Below are positions 42,631 through 46,559 of a stretch of DNA of 46,559 bases, piece by piece. Under the pieces are notes generated by a model. It did not search any database. It saw only the letters and a list, made by a program, of their open reading frames with translations, and was not told where the DNA came from. Position 1 is the first letter of the stretch; every line of letters begins with the position of its first letter. Made by a program: the position numbers and the translations under genes. The stretch is from a virus, in UHGV virus genome UHGV-0172001; one strand, given 5' to 3'.

Positions 42631-44263
42631 CCTTAAAGCGAATATCAGGATCGGCGGCACGATAGATCCGTCGTGGAAAAAATCGGTAGATGGACTTAAG
42701 CACGGATTATCAGGAGCAACGCAGGAAGTGGCTCGCCTGACACGCCAGCAGGATGTACTGAAACGAAAAATTCAGGCTGGCGTACTGGCTGGACAGGATA
42801 TTACTGAACTGCGAAAGCAGTATGAAAAGCTGGGCAAAAAAATTCATGATGCCGCCGGAGAGCAGGACAAATTTAACCGTAAGCTGGCTCGTGCTGAACG
42901 TCTGGAACGCTGGAAAGGGCGGGCCGGGACGGTCCTTAAAACCGGTTTTGGGCTTTCTGTTGGTTCGGGGTTGACGCTGGCAGCGGGCACTACCGCTGTG
43001 CTTAACCGGAATACGGAAACGGCAGAGCGGGCAGGGATAGCCCGCAGTTACGGGGTGGATTATGAAACCTATGCGGCATGGGATTCACTTGCCCGGCTGA
43101 TGGGGCTGAACGGTGAAAACATCGGTGATCTGTTTGAGGAGTACCGGAACAAGGTTTTTGACGATGATAATGGTGCCACGGATAAAGGGGCCATTCAGGA
43201 GGTGTTTGGTGCGCTGGGGCTGAAAGCCGGGGTGATGGCCGGAAAAAGCAACCAGGAGCAGGTCGAGTTTTTATTTGATCGCTTACTGCAGGTAGAGAAT
43301 GAACAGGTGGCTGCCGGGATGGCAGATGCGCTGTTTGGTGGTGAGGCCAATAAAATTCTGACCTGGATGCGTCTGTCAGGAAAAACTTACCGGGAGCTTA
43401 TCAGTGAGCAGAAACGCTATAACCTGGTGACAAAGGCAGGGGCAGATGGCGCAGTTCAGGGGCATATGGCGCTGTCAAATCTCAGTAATGTTCTGAGTTC
43501 GTCCATTGATGAAATCAGCGGGCAACTGGGTAAGGAGCTGGCACCACATATTCAACAGGTGACGGATGACCTTGCGGCCTGGTTTAAGTATGGTGGACTG
43601 GAAAAAATCCGGGCATTTATCCGTGATGATGCCCTGCCGGCGCTGATCGACATGGCAGCATGGATGTGGAAATTCGGAAAAGTTCTGGCTGGAATCACAC
43701 AAAAAGCCATTGAGTGGGGGTTAGCGGATGATCCACGAGAGGACCGGCGAGAGGTGCTGGAATATCTGGCAAAAATGGGGTCGCCGGAGCTGGCGAGAGC
43801 GGTGGCGCAGAAAAACGGTCAGGGTGAATGGTTTGATGAACTTATCAGGCAAAATCCGGACCTGACGAAACAGGTTGTACAGGCCTATAAAGACACCCGC
43901 GGTTATTTCCCCTGGAATCATGACGATAAAAAGTTTGATGCATTTCTCGACCCTTTGCTGGGACCGAAGGAAGAACCTGATTTTAAGGCGATAAAAGAGA
44001 AATCCCGCACCTACATTGACGGACTTCCTGCGGCAGGTCAGGGACAGGAAAATCCTGATCGCCTTTCAGCCCTCCAGTATACACCCGGCAGTATCAGCCA
44101 GGTGGAAGTAAAACCCACATATCAGATACGGGCCGAATTTAACATCACCCAGAAATCTGGCGAGGATGCCGGACAACTGGCAGACAGGGTGACGAAAAAT
44201 CTGGGGGATATTAATTTTGGCCAGCGTTCCCGTATGACTGATGGTTATGAATCCTGGGGGTGA
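42611..44263 (+). CDS. T: Tail tape measure protein (550 aa)
   Basis: Position, coiled-coil N-terminus, and Gly/Ala-rich hydrophobic segment (GFGLSVGSGLTLAAGTTAVL). Confidence 0.85.
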   Translation: MATVGDNLKANIRIGGTIDPSWKKSVDGLKHGLSGATQEVARLTRQQDVLKRKIQAGVLAGQDITELRKQYEKLGKKIHDAAGEQDKFNRKLARAERLERWKGRAGTVLKTGFGLSVGSGLTLAAGTTAVLNRNTETAERAGIARSYGVDYETYAAWDSLARLMGLNGENIGDLFEEYRNKVFDDDNGATDKGAIQEVFGALGLKAGVMAGKSNQEQVEFLFDRLLQVENEQVAAGMADALFGGEANKILTWMRLSGKTYRELISEQKRYNLVTKAGADGAVQGHMALSNLSNVLSSSIDEISGQLGKELAPHIQQVTDDLAAWFKYGGLEKIRAFIRDDALPALIDMAAWMWKFGKVLAGITQKAIEWGLADDPREDRREVLEYLAKMGSPELARAVAQKNGQGEWFDELIRQNPDLTKQVVQAYKDTRGYFPWNHDDKKFDAFLDPLLGPKEEPDFKAIKEKSRTYIDGLPAAGQGQENPDRLSALQYTPGSISQVEVKPTYQIRAEFNITQKSGEDAGQLADRVTKNLGDINFGQRSRMTDGYESWG

Positions 44264-44754
44264 AGATGGTGGATTTACTGGGCTGGGGCGTAAACCGGCT
44301 TGAGCGCGAAGCATGGGACGCAGTGGGCTCATTAACGGAGGTGGCTTCCCGCGTCATGCTGTCGTTTGGTGAGTTTGAATTCAGTATCGATACGGCAGCG
44401 TATAACGCCATGAAGCGCACCATGGAATGGCGGTGGGATGAACAGCAGCTTATCGGAAAAAACGACCTGCTGCAGTATACCGGCAAAGGAGCCAGAGCAA
44501 TAACCCTTGAAGGTATGGTGCATGCAGGATTTCGTGACGGTGTGGGAATGGATGCCCTTGATACACTGGTTCAGATGGTGGATGACAATCCGGCTCCCCA
44601 CCTTCTGGTTTCAAGCACAGGTGATGTGATGGGGTATTTTGTTGCAACCTCCTATTCAGATAACACCACGTCCTTTCTTCCCGGCGGTGCGCCGAAGAAC
44701 AAAACGTTCACACTGGAGCTGAAATACTATGGCGAAAAACTGGCGGACCACTGA
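44260..44754 (+). CDS. U: Tail protein, P2 gpU-like
   Basis: Position in the T-U-X-D order. FEFSIDTAAYNAMKRTMEWRW fits the gpU family pattern. Confidence 0.75.
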   Translation: MKMVDLLGWGVNRLEREAWDAVGSLTEVASRVMLSFGEFEFSIDTAAYNAMKRTMEWRWDEQQLIGKNDLLQYTGKGARAITLEGMVHAGFRDGVGMDALDTLVQMVDDNPAPHLLVSSTGDVMGYFVATSYSDNTTSFLPGGAPKNKTFTLELKYYGEKLADH

Positions 44755-44947
44755 CGGCGATATGCTGGATGATATCTGTCAGAGACACTATGGCAGCGCC
44801 GGACTTAACCAGTCACTGGCGGCGGTACTGGAAGCCAATCCCGGACTGGCTGACCTTGGTCCGGTCTATCCGGCGGGAGTGGAAATCGTGTTGCCGGACT
44901 GGACATATGAACCGGAGCAAAAGGAGGCGTTTCAGTTATGGGACTGA
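44729..44947 (+). CDS. X: Tail protein X (LysM-like), P2 gpX-like
   Basis: GDMLDDICQRHYG......AVLEANPGLADLGPV.PAGV.I.LPD matches P2 X. Confidence 0.85.
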   Translation: MAKNWRTTDGDMLDDICQRHYGSAGLNQSLAAVLEANPGLADLGPVYPAGVEIVLPDWTYEPEQKEAFQLWD

Positions 44948-46038
44948 ATGAGTATCAGCCGGATTTCAGCCTGACAGCAGAGGGGGAGGATATCACGAAG
45001 GCCATAAAGCGGGGGCTGGCTGAACTGCGTTATACCGATAATGGTGCTGCCACAAAGCGGTCCGATGAACTGATGATAACCCTGTTCAGTGAGACGATGG
45101 CGCTGCCGCCAAAAGGCGCGGTATTAACGCTGGGGCTGGGATTCAACGGAAACCTGGTAAATAAAGGCAGTTTTACCGTCTGTCAGGTGGCAAGTGGTGG
45201 TCCTCCCCGCCGAATCACCATTTATGCCACAGCCGCCCCCATGAATGCGTCAAAACATGGCGCAGACGTGACTGCACTGAAAACCCGTGCGTTCAGCGAT
45301 GTTACGCTGGGTGACCTGGTGAAAACGATCGCCACTGAAAATAATCTGGTGGCGCGGGTCTCACCGGCGCTGGCAAAAATTCGTATCCCGTGGGTGATGC
45401 AGTCATCTGAATCGGATGCGTCCCTGCTGTCCCGGCTTGCAGGTATGTATGGTGCCACCAGTAAACCGACGAACGGTTACTGGTTATTTCTGGAGTATGG
45501 CGCATCACAGAGCGCGGGTGGCAGGGATGCGCCTGTAATGACCATCACGCCGGGCATGGTGTCAGACTGGGATTACCGGGAGGGGGAGCGGCAGGGAGCA
45601 TCCGGAGGCGGAAAAGGAACAACAAAAAAAGGGAAAGTGGGTGTCAGATATTTTGACTCTCGCGACGGGAGAACGCGTGAATTTAAAGTGGATGTGGAGT
45701 CCACAGACAAGCGACATCCATTCACTCAGCCGGATCAGGATACAGCAAAACACTGCGCAGACTCTAAGGTTAAACGTGTGCAGAAAGCCGGACGCCAGAT
45801 GACGATAACGCTGCCCTGCAGGCCCGCATTGTTGAAAGCTGGGGCGGAAATGCGTTTTATCACGCAGGGATTTGGGGTACGGGAAGATCATAACTGGCAG
45901 GCTGAGTCGGTGGAGTTTTCACTGGCACCGGGGCAGGGATTTACGCTGAATCTGTCGCTGGCCACCGATATCTCCGCGAAAGGGAAAGCATCAGGGAAGA
46001 AGAAAGCGGATAAAAAAGGCGTGAATTATTACGGGTAA
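44938..46038 (+). CDS. D: Tail/baseplate hub protein, P2 gpD-like (366 aa)
   Basis: YQPDFSLTAEGEDIT start and last position in the tail operon, typical of the late control D family. Confidence 0.85.
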   Translation: MGLNEYQPDFSLTAEGEDITKAIKRGLAELRYTDNGAATKRSDELMITLFSETMALPPKGAVLTLGLGFNGNLVNKGSFTVCQVASGGPPRRITIYATAAPMNASKHGADVTALKTRAFSDVTLGDLVKTIATENNLVARVSPALAKIRIPWVMQSSESDASLLSRLAGMYGATSKPTNGYWLFLEYGASQSAGGRDAPVMTITPGMVSDWDYREGERQGASGGGKGTTKKGKVGVRYFDSRDGRTREFKVDVESTDKRHPFTQPDQDTAKHCADSKVKRVQKAGRQMTITLPCRPALLKAGAEMRFITQGFGVREDHNWQAESVEFSLAPGQGFTLNLSLATDISAKGKASGKKKADKKGVNYYG

Positions 46039-46265
46039 AAAAAAGCGCGCTTCGCCAATCCGGGGCGAAGCACGTCTGAATGACACCTGAAAATTTCCCG
46101 TCCGTTAAGTGTCCGTCCCGAGAGAAGTGGGGAACCATAACACCCTGTCGGGACGCAGAAAGAAACAACACAACTTGCAGGGATATTTTCTTGATAAAGT
46201 ATGAATGAGCAAGTGATTGTTTGTGCTGGCGGGGATTTTAGGAATTTTTCTTTAACAAATGATAA

Positions 46266-46295
46266 CCCCGACTGTTTTAGCAGACGGGGTTTTTA
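46266..46295 (+). terminator. Intrinsic terminator in the ORF-free right arm
   Basis: CCCCGACTG ttttag CAGACGGGG followed by TTTTT. Confidence 0.55.
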
Positions 46296-46360
46296 AGTGG
46301 AGAGCTATAAAAGAGCCTTAGTGAGAAAGTGATAGTAAGGATTAAAAGTGCTCGAAACTA

Positions 46361-46371
46361 TTCTCCAAAAC
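46361..46371. repeat. Candidate attR core TTCTCCAAAAC
   Basis: It matches the left-flank motif at 110-131 and lies about 98 nt from the stop of the flanking minus-strand gene. Confidence 0.25.
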
Positions 46372-46468
46372 AAGATTGCAATAGACTGATATCAATGGAA
46401 TTACCTGCATTGTTACACCAATCCTTAAACCCCCTCAAAATTGATTCTATTGCATTGAATATAAAGGA

Positions 46469-46559
46469 TTAATCATCTAATTCGCTCACCTTCTTATTCA
46501 GCAGACGAGAAGCGCGCCAGTAAACCAGCAACATCAGGCCCATTACGATAGTCAGCGTA
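46469..46559 (-). CDS. 3' end of a flanking chromosomal membrane-protein gene (partial)
   Basis: The reverse strand reads ...TLTIVMGLMLLVYWRASRLLNKKVSELDD then a stop. The hydrophobic helix followed by a basic tail looks like a real coding end. Product not recognised. Confidence 0.45.
   Translation of the reverse strand, partial: TLTIVMGLMLLVYWRASRLLNKKVSELDD

Noticed and set aside
45941-46171. 76-aa minus-strand ORF spanning the gpD stop and the right arm
   Set aside because: It overlaps the gpD 3' end and the hairpin region, and has no RBS or recognisable features.

Overview
Nearly the whole window is one intact-looking temperate prophage of about 46 kb, of E. coli/Shigella type. It is bracketed by two partial chromosomal genes on the minus strand (1-41 and 46469-46559). 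The phage is a three-way mosaic. (1) A Rac/Qin-type integration and early region: tyrosine integrase, Xis, a RecE-N-terminus-like protein, dicF-dicB-ydfD, a DicA-like repressor, YdaS/Cro-like and YdaT/CII-like regulators, an O-like initiator with iterons, nin-like small genes, hok/sok, a Doc-family TA pair, DUF968, RusA, and a zinc-finger Q antiterminator with a lambda-like PR'/tR'. (2) A lambda-like cos site, Nu1/A terminase, W, portal B, protease-scaffold C, decoration D and capsid E. (3) A P2/R-pyocin-like contractile tail: V W J I H G, sheath, tube, E and frameshifted E+E', tape measure, U X D. Accessory loci sit at the expected hotspots: attL to int, the PL operon, the slot between replication genes and Q, downstream of Q, lysis to cos, and the right end. 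I did not recognise any canonical multi-gene defence system. The most unusual items are: a baseplate gpI fused to an Ig-like domain plus about 20 BspA-type leucine-rich repeats; a RecE-like protein whose nuclease is replaced by a DEDDh domain with substituted catalytic residues and no partner annealase; an orphan convergent gene pair plus an ORF-free structured leader upstream of dicF; tandem type I and type II TA loci; a host-like thrU/glyT tRNA pair followed by a 560-bp ORF-free stretch with three terminators; and a 4 x 46-aa repeat expansion in the scaffold. Every homology statement rests on my reading of the translations and on recalled reference sequences. No searches were run.
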